Below, one piece after another: positions 38,820-49,200 of a stretch of 64,000 nt of DNA. The stretch's first letter is position 1, and every line of letters starts with the position of its first letter. The translations under genes were made by a program, and so were the position numbers. The notes beneath the pieces were generated by a model. It was not told where the DNA came from. It was given only the letters and a program-made list of their open reading frames with translations, and made no database searches. Origin of the DNA: a virus; the IMG/VR virus record IMGVR_UViG_3300046740_000431, positions 1 through 64,000 of that record; one strand, written 5' to 3'.

Positions 38820-39272
38820 CTACAGCTCCTCGATGTAGAGCGTCCCCGTGCACGCGACCGTCGCCGCGGTCGGCGTTCGGAGCGCGATCCCGTTGTTGGC
38901 GGTCGCCGGGACGACGATCTCGCCGTCCGGCGCCGGCACCCAGCGGAACGAGGCGCGCTGGTTCAGGCCGAGCGACCAGAGGATCGCGTTGGCGGTCAGC
39001 GTCGGATCCACGGTGTGGGCCTGCGCGGCGTCGAACAGCGCGACGGCGTTGGCCGTGTCGAGCGGCTGCGGCGTCACGGTGGTGCCGGTGCCGACGGTGG
39101 TGCAGCGCTGGATCTGCCACAGGAACCCGTTGTCCGCGGGGGTGGCCTCGCCGGCCGACACGATCATGTCGTAGAGCCTGAGCCGGCGCGGCGTGGTCGC
39201 GTCGGCGGTGACATTGCCCACGCTGAGGGTGGCGGATGCGGTGCGGGTCAGAGCGACGGAGTAGCGGCCCAT
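38820..39272 (-). CDS. Beta-rich putative structural protein
   Basis: Thr/Ala-rich 150 aa; SD AAAGGA. Confidence 0.6.
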   Translation of the reverse strand: MGRYSVALTRTASATLSVGNVTADATTPRRLRLYDMIVSAGEATPADNGFLWQIQRCTTVGTGTTVTPQPLDTANAVALFDAAQAHTVDPTLTANAILWSLGLNQRASFRWVPAPDGEIVVPATANNGIALRTPTAATVACTGTLYIEEL

Positions 39273-40150
39273 GATCGTGTCCTTTGTCGTGGGGCCGGGG
39301 CCCCGGTGTAGGACAGCGATGATGGGACCGCGCTGGCGGGCGCGCTACCCCGGTCCGGTGGCCAGCGCCTTCTCGACCTCGTCGCCGAGACCATCGCGCC
39401 AGGCTCGGTACCACTGCGGATTCCTGCCCTGGGCATCGGGTCGCCAGCCGAGCTCGCGGCAATACGCGGTCGCGAGCTTGCCGATCCCGTGGCGAGCGAT
39501 GAGATCTCTGACGTCTGGCTTCACGCTGGAACTTTCGAGCACGGACCTACGTGACCGCTCATCCTGCGACAGACAAAGAACTGCTCGTCTTCAGTCACGG
39601 TCGTGGTCCCGCAGATCGACGGGTACCCGATGCCGAGGTCAACCGAGATCTGGTGGTTCTGCCACCGCGGCCACGTTGACCGCTCGAGATCCCTGGCAGC
39701 CATAGCCTCCGACCGGCGCGCCGCGACAGCAGATCTCGCCTGCGCTGGCGTCGGCCGCCGCGGTGCCCGGCGCAGCTTGCGGCTCGCGTTGCTCACGGCT
39801 GCTCCATTGGCCTGCTGTGGATCTCCTTGTTGCTGCGGTCGATCTCCTCCTTCATCTTGCCGATGAACACCCGCCTCTGATCGGCGTTCTCGGGGATGTG
39901 GTCGAGCGCCGCGCGGCCCAGCGCGGAGACCCGCATCTCGGCCAGCACGCGGCGCGTGAGCCAAGTAACGCGGAGCGTCTGCCAAATGGCGAGTGCGCCG
40001 GTGAACAGGGTGCAAACGATGCTGACCAGCGTCATGACGTCCTGTGGTCCTCTCCGTAGTCGTTGGGCTGCTGGCTGGGAGATCCCGGCCAGGCGTTGAG
40101 GTTCGCGTAGGCGACCAGGAACACCCAGGCGCCGGCCACGAGACACCAGG

Positions 40151-42190
40151 TCAAGCTGCCCTCGCGTACTCGATCGTGCGGATCGCAGCCATGCCGACGG
40201 CGCGCGCGAGCTGCGGAGGCACGCTGTTTCCGACGCATTTGATCTGCGCGGTTTTGGTGAGCGGCTTCCCGCGGAACAGCAGCTCGATCTTGTAGCTCGG
40301 CGGGAAGCCCTGGCAGAGGAACAACTCGCGCGCCGTGAGCATGCGGAACCCGATGTCGACGAGGACCCACTGCACGCCGTCAATCTCGAGGACGATCGGC
40401 GCGTCGTAGCCCAGGAACCTGGCCACGCGCATCGCCCGCTCGCTGACCTCGAGCTCCATGGTGAGCGTGACCAGCGCGAAGCGATCCCGGGTGTCGATGG
40501 TCGACAGCGGCTTGGCGAGCGACTCCGGCCCGCTCTCGCCGTTGTAGCGGATCAGGTACGCGGCGGTCATCGCGTGATGCGTGCCGGACGCCGAGATCGT
40601 GTCCAGCGGCTCCTCGACGGCGTGGCTCGACGCGGCCACGTGCGCGTCGCTCGTCCCGCGCAGCTTTAGCAGGTTGAGCATGGCCACCGAGTGGTGGTCG
40701 CGCTGGGTGATCGTGCCGATCGGCGCGTTCATTCGCTGGCCGCCAGCGAAGCCGCCCTCGCGCTCGCCGTAGTTCTTGACCAGCACGGGCATCGCCAGTC
40801 CGTGCTTCTGGGTGCCGACGATAGTCCCGATCGGCTTCTGGGCGTCGTAGACGCGGGGCTCCTGCGCCTTCGTGGTCTCGGTGGCTCCTCGCTCGCCGTT
40901 CGAGCGATGGACGAGGTACGGGGTCGCCACCGCCAGGCGCCTTGAGGTGTCGATCGTCGAGAGCGGTTCGTCTGGCCGCTGACCGCGCGCCTCGCCGTCG
41001 CGCTGGCCGTTGTACCGGACGACCACGGGCGCTGCCACGGCGTGCTCGCCGCGCTTCGACGTCATGATCGTGGTGAGCGGCACGTCGGCGTTTTGCGCGT
41101 CGTTGCCGCCGCCGCCGTACGTCTTCGCCTTGAGCACGAGCGGCGACACGACGCCGTGGCCGTCGCGGTTGCCGCAGATCGTCCGCATCGGCTCGTCCAC
41201 GCTCGAGACGCGAACGTCCGTCCCGCCCTTGTCGCCGTAGGACGTCGGCACAATGAACGGGCGACCGGCACCGAACACGAAGCGCTCGATCCCGGCCCGG
41301 ATCCGCGCGAGCGTCTTCTCGGCGAGCGCCTTTGCCCGCTCGAAGATCGAGGGGCACTCGATCGACCAGTCGATGCACTCGGCCGCGGTTCGCCACGGCT
41401 TCGCCCGGTTCGGGCCGTGCGTGGGCTCTGGCCACACGGCCGGGTTGTCGCTGGCGATCAGCACGAACCGCTTCCGGCTCGTCGGCGCGCCGTAGTCGCT
41501 CGCCTTCAGGACGCGGTACGAGACGTGCCGGTAGTACTTCCCGAGCCTCGAGATGAACGCGTTGAACAGCGACCCGATGCGCGCCTTGATCGGCCGCATG
41601 AAGTTGCAGTTCTTGAGGCACTTCGGGCGCCGCTTCCCGCTCTTGGTATCCGTCCCCCGCCGCGCGGCGAGCTCGTCGCTGCACCCGTTCGAGTGGCAGC
41701 GGTGGAGCGGACCCCACTTCATGAACGGCTCGACGTTCTCGAGCGACATCACGCGCGGCCTGACCGCCGACGCTGCCCACGAGACCGCGATCCAGGCGAG
41801 CCCGCGCACCTTGGTCGCTTCCTTGTCGAGCGGCCCGCCCTTGGCCTGCGAGAAGAAGATGCACGTAGGCGAGAAGTGCGCGTAGGCGATCCGCTTCCCG
41901 CCGCTCGCCGCGACCGGGTCGACCTTCACGATGTCCTCGCAGAACACCCGGCACCTGGGGTTGTTCTCCTCGTACATGGCCAGCGCGGCCGCCCAGTGGT
42001 TCACCGCGATCGTCGGTGCCCGGCGCTCGATGCCGAGTTCCTCGTACGCCCACCTCATGCCCAGGCTCGCGCCTCCACCGCCGGCGAAGTTGTCGGCGTC
42101 TGGCTCGTCGGGATCTACCCAGACGCGGAGCGGCGGAGCGCTGGCCGGCTCACCGTCGCAGAACAGCTGCAGCTGAGGTCTCACCTTCAC
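40151..42190 (-). CDS. C5-cytosine DNA methyltransferase with a long repeat-containing variable region
   Basis: FAGGGG, SPTC (catalytic Cys), LENV, YGAPTSRKR, RMLTAREL..CQGFP and GNSVPP. Confidence 0.92.
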   Translation of the reverse strand: MKVRPQLQLFCDGEPASAPPLRVWVDPDEPDADNFAGGGGASLGMRWAYEELGIERRAPTIAVNHWAAALAMYEENNPRCRVFCEDIVKVDPVAASGGKRIAYAHFSPTCIFFSQAKGGPLDKEATKVRGLAWIAVSWAASAVRPRVMSLENVEPFMKWGPLHRCHSNGCSDELAARRGTDTKSGKRRPKCLKNCNFMRPIKARIGSLFNAFISRLGKYYRHVSYRVLKASDYGAPTSRKRFVLIASDNPAVWPEPTHGPNRAKPWRTAAECIDWSIECPSIFERAKALAEKTLARIRAGIERFVFGAGRPFIVPTSYGDKGGTDVRVSSVDEPMRTICGNRDGHGVVSPLVLKAKTYGGGGNDAQNADVPLTTIMTSKRGEHAVAAPVVVRYNGQRDGEARGQRPDEPLSTIDTSRRLAVATPYLVHRSNGERGATETTKAQEPRVYDAQKPIGTIVGTQKHGLAMPVLVKNYGEREGGFAGGQRMNAPIGTITQRDHHSVAMLNLLKLRGTSDAHVAASSHAVEEPLDTISASGTHHAMTAAYLIRYNGESGPESLAKPLSTIDTRDRFALVTLTMELEVSERAMRVARFLGYDAPIVLEIDGVQWVLVDIGFRMLTARELFLCQGFPPSYKIELLFRGKPLTKTAQIKCVGNSVPPQLARAVGMAAIRTIEYARAA

Positions 42191-43525
42191 GGGGTCTCCA
42201 GCGTAGCCCTGGCCGCGACGTATCGACCGTCGGCGGCCAGCTCGTCGGCCTCGAAGTTGGACACCAAGATCTCGACGAGATCCCGGGTTGCGGTCTCGAG
42301 CTCCCGGATCCGCTCGAGCAGCTCGCAGATCTCGCCCTCGCGCAGCAGGAGCTCATCGCAGACCACGCGCGTGCTCTCGTCACCGGCGCCACGGCCGCGG
42401 AGATCCGCCACCGCAGCTGAGACCATGCCGGCCCTGGAGCGCAGCGCCTCGTACGTGAGCGACGAGATCCCGTCACCTGCACGGGGGATCATACCGTATG
42501 TAGATCCCTCCGGTTGGATCCCCTCTCCTTGGCAGGCAAGGCAGGCGCCGGTCCCGCGGCAGGTCCGGCACATCGCCGCGAGCCAGAGGCAGTCGGGCAG
42601 GTGGTCCACCGCGTAGGCAGCCGTACCCTGCGTGACGGGAACCCCGGCGCAGCGGCACAGCTCCGACGGGTGCTCGCCGCCGGAGACCTTCGGCCAGACG
42701 AACGGCTTGGGCTCTGGCGCGAGCAGCATCCTCCACGCGCGGCGCTGCTGGCGTAGGAACGTCGCGATCCGCCTCATCCTCCGACCTCGACCGCCGACGA
42801 CGACTGCTCTGCACTGCGGGGTGCAGGATCGGCGTTGGTCACCGGGATCTCGATGGGCAGAACCTCCTCCCTCCGTCGACGACGACCGATCGGTCCCGTC
42901 TGGAACCCAACCAGGATGCTGTGCTGTTCTCGCACCCAAGAAACGCTGAGATCCTGGATTGTGCCAGAAAGTACTAGGTCCCCAATCCGCTGGAGTACGT
43001 TGGCGACTGCCCTCCTGCGCTGCACCTCCGGCTCGGCGAACGACACCGCGCCGTGCTTGAGTGCGCGGCGGATCTCGCGGAGCGACCGGTCGGCGACCAC
43101 ATCGGCGTCGAGGTCGTGCTCGGCAACGCTCTGCTGGCGGAGCACGCGCTTGGCGGCGTCGTGCCAGGCCAGGTCGTCCATGGTGATGCCGACGGCGTGT
43201 TGGCCGGCGAGGTTGGTGATCCTGACCTCCTCGATCGGGATCTCGAGGGTGATCAGGATGTCCTGGTCGTTGATGACGTGGGAGGTCTTCACGTGATCTC
43301 CGGCGTCTGGTGGAGCGCCCTGGTCGCAGCGAGCTCGGCGTCGATTGCGTCGGACTCGGCCCGCGAGGCGCGGTCGTGTTCGAGCTTAGCGGCCTCGAGC
43401 CGGCGATCGGCGTCGTGTCGCGCGGAGCCGGCCTCGTAGCGGGCGCGGACCGCAGCCTCGAACGCCTTGAGCGTACCCACCGTGACGGTGACGGTGCGAT
43501 GGTCGTCTGCGTTGAACTTCTTCAC
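42187..43525 (-). other. Three coupled hypothetical genes (42187-42777, 42774-43292, 43289-43525)
   Basis: Stop-start overlaps. Confidence 0.55.
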
Positions 43526-43971
43526 GAGGGGATCGGCTCCCCGAGCCCGAAGCTCGACAGGATGCGGGCGAAGGCCTCTTCGTCCGTGGAGTACTCGGCG
43601 CCCAGCGCGCAGAACACGCTCTGCCTGGTGTCCCCGCTGAACACCAGCTGGCGGGCCCCACCGTAGGCGAAGCCGATCTCCGCCCAGGCGCCGCGGGTGG
43701 CGAGGTCGGGGTAGGCCTTGGGCGGGACCAGGAACCACACGGTCAGCGCGGTCGCCGCCTCGGAAAGGCACTCGAGCGCGACGCGGCGGCGCTGCACTGG
43801 CGGCCAGCTGTCGGGGTTCGCCGCGCCGGCCTGCTCGATGCTGTCGATCCACGATGCCATGGCGTCAACGCCGGCCTGGCGGAGCCGGTCACGCCAGCGC
43901 TTGGCCCGCTCGATCTCCGCCGACGACGCGGCGACGTACACCTTCGGTCCTGAAACTTTCTCTCGTGCCAT
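43522..43971 (-). CDS. Nucleoside 2-deoxyribosyltransferase-like protein
   Basis: KVYVAA, SWID and TRGAWAEIGFAYG (catalytic Glu motif). Confidence 0.75.
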   Translation of the reverse strand: MAREKVSGPKVYVAASSAEIERAKRWRDRLRQAGVDAMASWIDSIEQAGAANPDSWPPVQRRRVALECLSEAATALTVWFLVPPKAYPDLATRGAWAEIGFAYGGARQLVFSGDTRQSVFCALGAEYSTDEEAFARILSSFGLGEPIPS

Positions 43972-44045
43972 CTGGTCCTCCGCTCGGCCATGCGAGCTGC
44001 GAAAACCACGGTTGCATATCCGGGTGTGGCACGTCAATCACCGGG

Positions 44046-44798
44046 TCAGTGCTGTGGGTAGGTTACGCAGTGCACGCGGCCGTCCCAGCATGCCCGGCAC
44101 TCGCCGCACTTGTTGTCCCTGGTCTCCACGGCGCGGCACTCGATGGACCCACGACCCTCGACCACGCGCACGCCGCTCGAGCTGTACGGGACGCTGGAGA
44201 CCGCGCTGACGGGGATCCCGGCGAGCTCGGCGGGCAGCACGGGCTCCGAGTCGATCATGTGCGCGGAGAGCCGCACCGTGAGGTTGCCCGGGATCTCGCG
44301 ACCGGCCAGGTACTCCCTGACCACCTCGTACTCCCTGGTGGGCAGCCAGTGCCTGACGCCCGGCGTTCTTCGGCAGACCTCGACGATGTTCTCGAGGTGC
44401 CAGAGGCCCTGTAGATCCCCGCTGTCATGCCACCGGAACCAGTCGTGCGGCGGCCTGCAGGCGCTCGAGATCAGCTTGACCATCGCCTCGACCCAGAGCG
44501 GGTGGTGGATGCCGTTCCACCTGCGCCGGTGGCCCTCGAGCAGCGGGCGCCAGGTCCGGTACCAGTCGGTCATGGCGTAGCAGCCGGAGCACACCGAGCC
44601 AGGGACGCCGCGGAGCTTGCCGCCGGTCTGGCAGCGCTGGGCCGAGATCCCGTAGCTGTAGCCCGGCATCTTCGACGGGTGTCCGAGCGATCCAGCGATG
44701 GCCGTGGCCACCTTCCTGGTCATCGGCCCGCTGTAGTCGTGGGGGATCGCCGTCGCCTCCGTGAACTCGCGGACGACGGGCAGCGAGCCGCGGCGCAC
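44046..44798 (-). CDS. Gp88-like protein (probable Fe-S / radical-SAM-like)
   Basis: SKMPG.SYG, C.TG...VCSGCYA, FRWHDSGDL, HWLPTRE, NLTVRLS and CGECRACW. Confidence 0.8.
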   Translation of the reverse strand: MRRGSLPVVREFTEATAIPHDYSGPMTRKVATAIAGSLGHPSKMPGYSYGISAQRCQTGGKLRGVPGSVCSGCYAMTDWYRTWRPLLEGHRRRWNGIHHPLWVEAMVKLISSACRPPHDWFRWHDSGDLQGLWHLENIVEVCRRTPGVRHWLPTREYEVVREYLAGREIPGNLTVRLSAHMIDSEPVLPAELAGIPVSAVSSVPYSSSGVRVVEGRGSIECRAVETRDNKCGECRACWDGRVHCVTYPQH

Positions 44799-45756
44799 CT
44801 ACCCTCCGCCGGAATCGCCGAGGTCGACGTAGCCGATGGACCGGAGCTCGCGCCTGGCCTGCTGCCGGTTGACCCGTCGGAACCTGCGGGTCATCGCGCG
44901 CGCCGCCGACTCTCCGCGGTGCCACGGCCGCCAGTGGTCCGCGGCGTGGGTGTGTCCGTTGATGATCCCCGGGTCGTCGCCGAATACGGCGCCCGGGATC
45001 TCAACCCACCTGAACCACAGAGAGTCGGAGCCGTCCATCCTGACGATGCCGTCGAGGCGCGGCGTCACGGCGTCGATCCTATCGATGTTGGTCATCGGGT
45101 GTGGTCCGCCGGGTAGATGCGGTTGACGCGCTTCCCGCCGGCGGCTTCGTGGACGCTGGCGTCGAGCTCGTGGTCGAGCAGCCGACCGACCGAGTACTCC
45201 GCCGACTTGCTCTGCGATGCGTGCTCCTGGCACTGCTCGACCATGACCCACCCATCGAGCTCGGGATCGTACGCCTCCGAGCAGCCGCAGCCGCGGACGA
45301 CAGCGCTCACGGGCGGGCCGCCAGGAACTCAGCCACGGCCGCGTTGGCGCCGCTGATGACCGCCTCCGCGGACTCGGCCATGCCGTGCTGCTCCACCACC
45401 GCGGCGAGAGCCTGGCGGCTCCACCCGACGATCACGCCGTAGAGCCAGGAGTCCGTGGGGTTCTTGGACCAGTCGCGCTGGTCGGTCGACATCGCGGTGA
45501 TCAGCGAGGCGATGGCGATGTGGAGAACTGGGAGAGATCCCCTGATGTCGTCCTGTGCGTCAGCCCGCTGCCGGTCGTACTCCGGCATCTGAGCCTTGGC
45601 TTGCTCGTCATGTGCGGAGCGAAGCTCGAGAAGCTCAGAGACGGCATTCTGGAGATCTGCTCGCATCTTCCTGACGCGATCGAGAAGATCTCCAGGACCA
45701 CCGTGTTCGTCGACTCCCAGGGCACTCGCCAGAGCTTCGGTTGCTGAGCTTTCCAT
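44799..45756 (-). other. Three coupled hypothetical genes (44799-45095, 45092-45310, 45307-45756)
   Basis: Overlaps; SD GGAGGG directly after the tRNA-like element. Confidence 0.55.
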
Positions 45757-45766
45757 GTTCCCTCCG

Positions 45767-45860
45767 TGCACCAGGCGGGGCTCGAACCCGCGACCTTCGC
45801 AGCCGGACCGGAGGTATGACGCTCCGACCGCGGACGCTCTACCGTCTGAGCTACCGGTGC
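45767..45860 (-). tRNA. tRNA-like RNA with normal acceptor, D and T arms and a 38-nt anticodon arm
   Basis: GCACCGG TA GCTC AGACGGTA GAGC G [TCCGCGGTCGGAGCGTCATACCTCCGGTCCGGCTGCGA] AGGTC GCGGG TTCGAGC CCCGC CTGGTGC A. Confidence 0.8.
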
Positions 45861-45945
45861 ATACGACGCAGGAGAATTCCTGCGCCGGGCGCCCGCGGCC
45901 GCCACGCCGAGTCGCGCCAGGGGTGGCGCGGCGGGAACATCGAGA

Positions 45946-46059
45946 TCACCGGACCGCCAAGCTCCACAGCACGACTGCCAGTGGCATCACGAGCAACCAC
46001 AACAGGAGGAGGATACCTGCGCTTCCGCAGGCGTCAGGCTTGTTTCGTCCGATCGGCAT
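45946..46059 (-). CDS. 37-aa single-TM peptide
   Basis: MPIGRNKPDACGSAGILLLLWLLVMPLAVVLWSLAVR behind TTGACA-N18-CATTAT-N6-ATG. Confidence 0.5.
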   Translation of the reverse strand: MPIGRNKPDACGSAGILLLLWLLVMPLAVVLWSLAVR

Positions 46060-46091
46060 CAGGCGATAATGCGGGCGTAGAGCGTGAAATG

Positions 46092-46364
46092 TCAAGCATC
46101 GCCTAACGCCTCGGCCAGCCGCTCGCGCTCGAAATTCGGCCTCGCTTCTCGGTCAACCTGGCGGATCCCGGCGAGCAGGTTGTAGCTGGGACGGGTCTTC
46201 GCCTCCCCGGTGCTGGCGTCCATCATGGTCACCGCGACCACGCGGAGACGAGATCTCATGTCGCGAGCTGCCGAGATCGCCTCATCGACCAGGAGGTCGA
46301 CGGACTGGTATCGCTGGCCGGTGTCGAGCACCACCTCGACGATGAACGGGCCGCAGGACTTCAC
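46092..46364 (-). CDS. Hypothetical protein
   Basis: CATAGT-N7-GTG. Confidence 0.5.
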   Translation of the reverse strand: MKSCGPFIVEVVLDTGQRYQSVDLLVDEAISAARDMRSRLRVVAVTMMDASTGEAKTRPSYNLLAGIRQVDREARPNFERERLAEALGDA

Positions 46365-46397
46365 CAGATCGACTATGCGGCGCCCGCCCGCAAACGG

Positions 46398-47582
46398 TCA
46401 AGCCAGGAGCTGCTCGACCTGGGCGCCCGACAGCGTGGCGTTGCTGACCAGCGTGAGCACCGGGGACCCCGCATCGGTAACGGTTTCGAGCATCACCCAC
46501 CACCCGGCTGGCACGAATCCGCCGATCGCGTTGCCGTTCCCGGTCTTGTTGGCGATGGCGACGCCGAGCCCGAGGTTGTACTCGACCTCGCAGCAGCTCG
46601 GCTGAACCGTCGTAGATCCCGCGGTCGGTCCCATGCGGAACTGCACGCGACCCTTGTGGTTGCCGGCCAATGACGCCGTCACGGATGCCGACGCGCGGTA
46701 GGAGACGATCGACGGGGCTGTCGGCGATACCTGGAAAGCGGTGTTGAGCACGCGCGCGGCGACTCCGCCGGTGATCCCGGGGAGCTGGGCAGTGACGGAG
46801 CCGAACCCGGCGCCAGCTGGTCCAGTTGCGCCGGTAGCCCCGGTGTTGCCCTGTGGTCCGGTTGCCCCGGTGGCCCCCTGCGCTCCGGTCATCCCCTGAG
46901 TGCCGGTGGCACCCTGCGGACCAGTCGCACCCTGTGGGCCAGTCGATCCGGCTGGGCCAGTCAACCCCTGCGGACCTTGGGCTCCGGTCGCGCCGGCAGT
47001 TCCAGTGAGGCCCTGCGGGCCTTGCACGCCGGTGGAACCTGGAATCCCTGCTGCCCCGGTCAACCCCGTCGCGCCGGTGTCGCCCTTCGCGCCAGCCGGT
47101 CCTGCGGTGCCCTGGATCCCCTGCATCCCGGTCTGCCCCGTTGCCCCGGTCGCGCCCTGGGCGCCGGCCGGGCCGGTGGCGCCGGCTGGTCCCTGCGGCC
47201 CGGTCGCTCCGGCGTCACCCTTCGGGCCCTGCGGGCCGACGGCACCGACAGCTCCGGCCGGGCCGGTGGTGCCGGCTGCACCCTGGGATCCGGTGGCGCC
47301 CTGCGGACCGGTGGCGCCGACCTGGCCAGGAGATCCCGTTGCTCCGGTTGGCCCCTGAGGTCCAGCCGCTCCCTGGGCTCCTGTCGGTCCAGCTGGTCCG
47401 GCTGGCCCCTCGATGGTCATCCACGCGGTGTCGCTGTTGTCGGCGGTCTTTACTTCGAGGTGCGGGACGTTCGACCCGTCCACCCAGACGCACAGCCTAC
47501 CGGTTGGGCCCGTGAACCCGTTGCCGGGCTGCTGGGGGTTGTTGGGGGTGATCCAGATCGTTGGCATCGGGACGTCGGACAT
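46398..47582 (-). CDS. Collagen-like fibre protein (67 uninterrupted Gly-X-Y triplets, C-terminal beta domain)
   Basis: Counted from GPAGPAGPT to GPAGAG. Confidence 0.9.
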   Translation of the reverse strand: MSDVPMPTIWITPNNPQQPGNGFTGPTGRLCVWVDGSNVPHLEVKTADNSDTAWMTIEGPAGPAGPTGAQGAAGPQGPTGATGSPGQVGATGPQGATGSQGAAGTTGPAGAVGAVGPQGPKGDAGATGPQGPAGATGPAGAQGATGATGQTGMQGIQGTAGPAGAKGDTGATGLTGAAGIPGSTGVQGPQGLTGTAGATGAQGPQGLTGPAGSTGPQGATGPQGATGTQGMTGAQGATGATGPQGNTGATGATGPAGAGFGSVTAQLPGITGGVAARVLNTAFQVSPTAPSIVSYRASASVTASLAGNHKGRVQFRMGPTAGSTTVQPSCCEVEYNLGLGVAIANKTGNGNAIGGFVPAGWWVMLETVTDAGSPVLTLVSNATLSGAQVEQLLA

Positions 47583-47628
47583 CGTGCGGTGATACGCCAC
47601 GGACCGACACCACACCACGTCTAAGTTG

Positions 47629-47952
47629 CTACGGCTCCCACGTCGCGCCAGGCACGACGTCGAAGGCCTTGGCGTAGGCCTTGCCGTCGCTCGGCGTCGC
47701 GCCGGCGCCAGCCGAGATCGCAGCGGCGCGCTGAGCGGCCGACAGGGCGATGTACGTGACGGTGGATCCGGTCGACGGGGTCCTGACGTCCGCGATCTGC
47801 GCGCCGATGGTCGCGAGGTTCGCCGTCAGGAAGTCCTGCAGAGCAGGAAGCGACGTGTCGCTCACCATGTGACACCAGTCGTCACCGACGACGCCTGGAG
47901 GGTGGAAGTCGGTCGCGGAATGCGTGGATACGGGGCCGATGTAGATGGTCAC
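47629..47952 (-). CDS. DUF4031-like small protein
   Basis: [18 protein letters not shown] and [10 protein letters not shown]. Confidence 0.5.
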   Translation of the reverse strand: MTIYIGPVSTHSATDFHPPGVVGDDWCHMVSDTSLPALQDFLTANLATIGAQIADVRTPSTGSTVTYIALSAAQRAAAISAGAGATPSDGKAYAKAFDVVPGATWEP

Positions 47953-48740
47953 ACCGGGATCGGTATCACGTTGCCGGCGTCGTCGACCTGAAACCCGTCC
48001 GCGATCTCTGCCGTGGCCCTCGCAACGATGACGGCGCGCGCGAGAGCTGCTTCCTGGTCGTGCCGCTCGAGCTCGCCGAGCAGGTCTACGAGCTTCATGA
48101 TCTTCTCGAGGGTAGCCCTCTGCCTCCGCGGAGTCGCCGCGCAGGCGGCGAACAGGCGCAGGATCTCTTGGTTGATCCCGAGGACAGCCTGCTCGACTTC
48201 GTCAACCCGTGAACTCGCCTGCGCCTGTGCACGCTCGGCCTGGCACTTCATGCAACCGGGGTCGCAGTCTCCGCGCTGGCCCGTCCCACCTGGCCCGTGC
48301 TTCATGCGTAGATCTCGGCCGGTTTCGCCAGGGAAGAAACCGGCCGCGCGCAGCTTGTTCAACTTCTCGAACATCCTTGGCGGCTCCGTGCTCCGCTCGA
48401 TCTCCTCTCGGACGATCTGTCGGATGTTGACCGCCGACTCGACGCCTTGTGCTCGAAGATCTCGCAGTTCGCGAAGCGCGGCCGCCGTCATCCACCCTGC
48501 ATCTCCGGTCGCGTAGTGCTTCAGCATCTTGTCGATGGCGGAGTCGGACAGCTTGGCCGGCTTCTGCGCCAGCTCGTCAAGCCTCCGCTTCGCCCTGGCC
48601 GCGAGATCTCCAACTGCCGCAAGGCAACTCAGGCAGTCCACCAGGTCAACGCACGTGGTTGCGTTCTCCGTTGGCGACCCGCTCCCGCAGTAGCGCTCGA
48701 GTCCGCCGAACCCGTCTCCGAGTAGATGTGTAGTTGCCAT
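47949..48740 (-). CDS. Hypothetical Cys-containing protein
   Basis: SD AAGGA before ATG 48740. Confidence 0.55.
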   Translation of the reverse strand: MATTHLLGDGFGGLERYCGSGSPTENATTCVDLVDCLSCLAAVGDLAARAKRRLDELAQKPAKLSDSAIDKMLKHYATGDAGWMTAAALRELRDLRAQGVESAVNIRQIVREEIERSTEPPRMFEKLNKLRAAGFFPGETGRDLRMKHGPGGTGQRGDCDPGCMKCQAERAQAQASSRVDEVEQAVLGINQEILRLFAACAATPRRQRATLEKIMKLVDLLGELERHDQEAALARAVIVARATAEIADGFQVDDAGNVIPIPV

Positions 48741-48760
48741 TGTCTTCCTTGTTGTTGATG

Positions 48761-49192
48761 TCATGCGCTTTTTCGGTGCGTGTCGTGGCATCCAGAACAG
48801 CGGCATCCGTGGGTAGCCGCTCCGTGCGCCGCGCCGTTGATGCAGAGCTTGAGCAGGCGCAGCTTGTCTCGCCGGTGCTGCGCGAGCAGCCGCTGGGTCT
48901 GGTCTGACTTGTACCGGCGTGCCATCGGGCTCGATGCGTCCTCGATCGCGGTCGACCCGGACTGGCCCACCGCCCACGGCGTAGGGCTGCCCTCTCGCCT
49001 GACCAGGTACCCGGCCTTCGCCATCCTGCCGAGCTGGCCGTTCATCCACCTGACCAGCGCGTCGGGTTGCAGCCTCGACCTTGGCATCACCGCGGCAACG
49101 ATCTGATCGGCGGTAGAGATCCCGGCCAGGCTCACCGCCCTCAGGATCGCGGTCCACGTGGTCCCGATCCGGGCAGATCTCCGTTGCCTCAT
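48761..49192 (-). CDS. Winged-HTH plus C-terminal Zn-finger protein
   Basis: LGRMAKAGYLVRRE...W; C..G..H...CRCSGC; TTGACA promoter upstream. Confidence 0.55.
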   Translation of the reverse strand: MRQRRSARIGTTWTAILRAVSLAGISTADQIVAAVMPRSRLQPDALVRWMNGQLGRMAKAGYLVRREGSPTPWAVGQSGSTAIEDASSPMARRYKSDQTQRLLAQHRRDKLRLLKLCINGAAHGAATHGCRCSGCHDTHRKSA

Positions 49193-49200
49193 GGGTCCTT

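Noticed and set aside
35831-39181. 1116-aa plus-strand ORF (likewise 2175-4169, 29018-30292, 41042-42616, 26430-27710)
   Set aside because: Antisense shadows of real minus-strand genes in high-GC DNA; Arg/Gly-rich with no motifs.
39793-40154. Two small hydrophobic ORFs as a holin/lysis cassette
   Set aside because: No endolysin or spanin is recognisable nearby; single short hydrophobic segments are insufficient.
46900-47358. PVAPCG-repeat plus-strand ORF
   Set aside because: Reverse-complement of the collagen Gly-X-Y codons.
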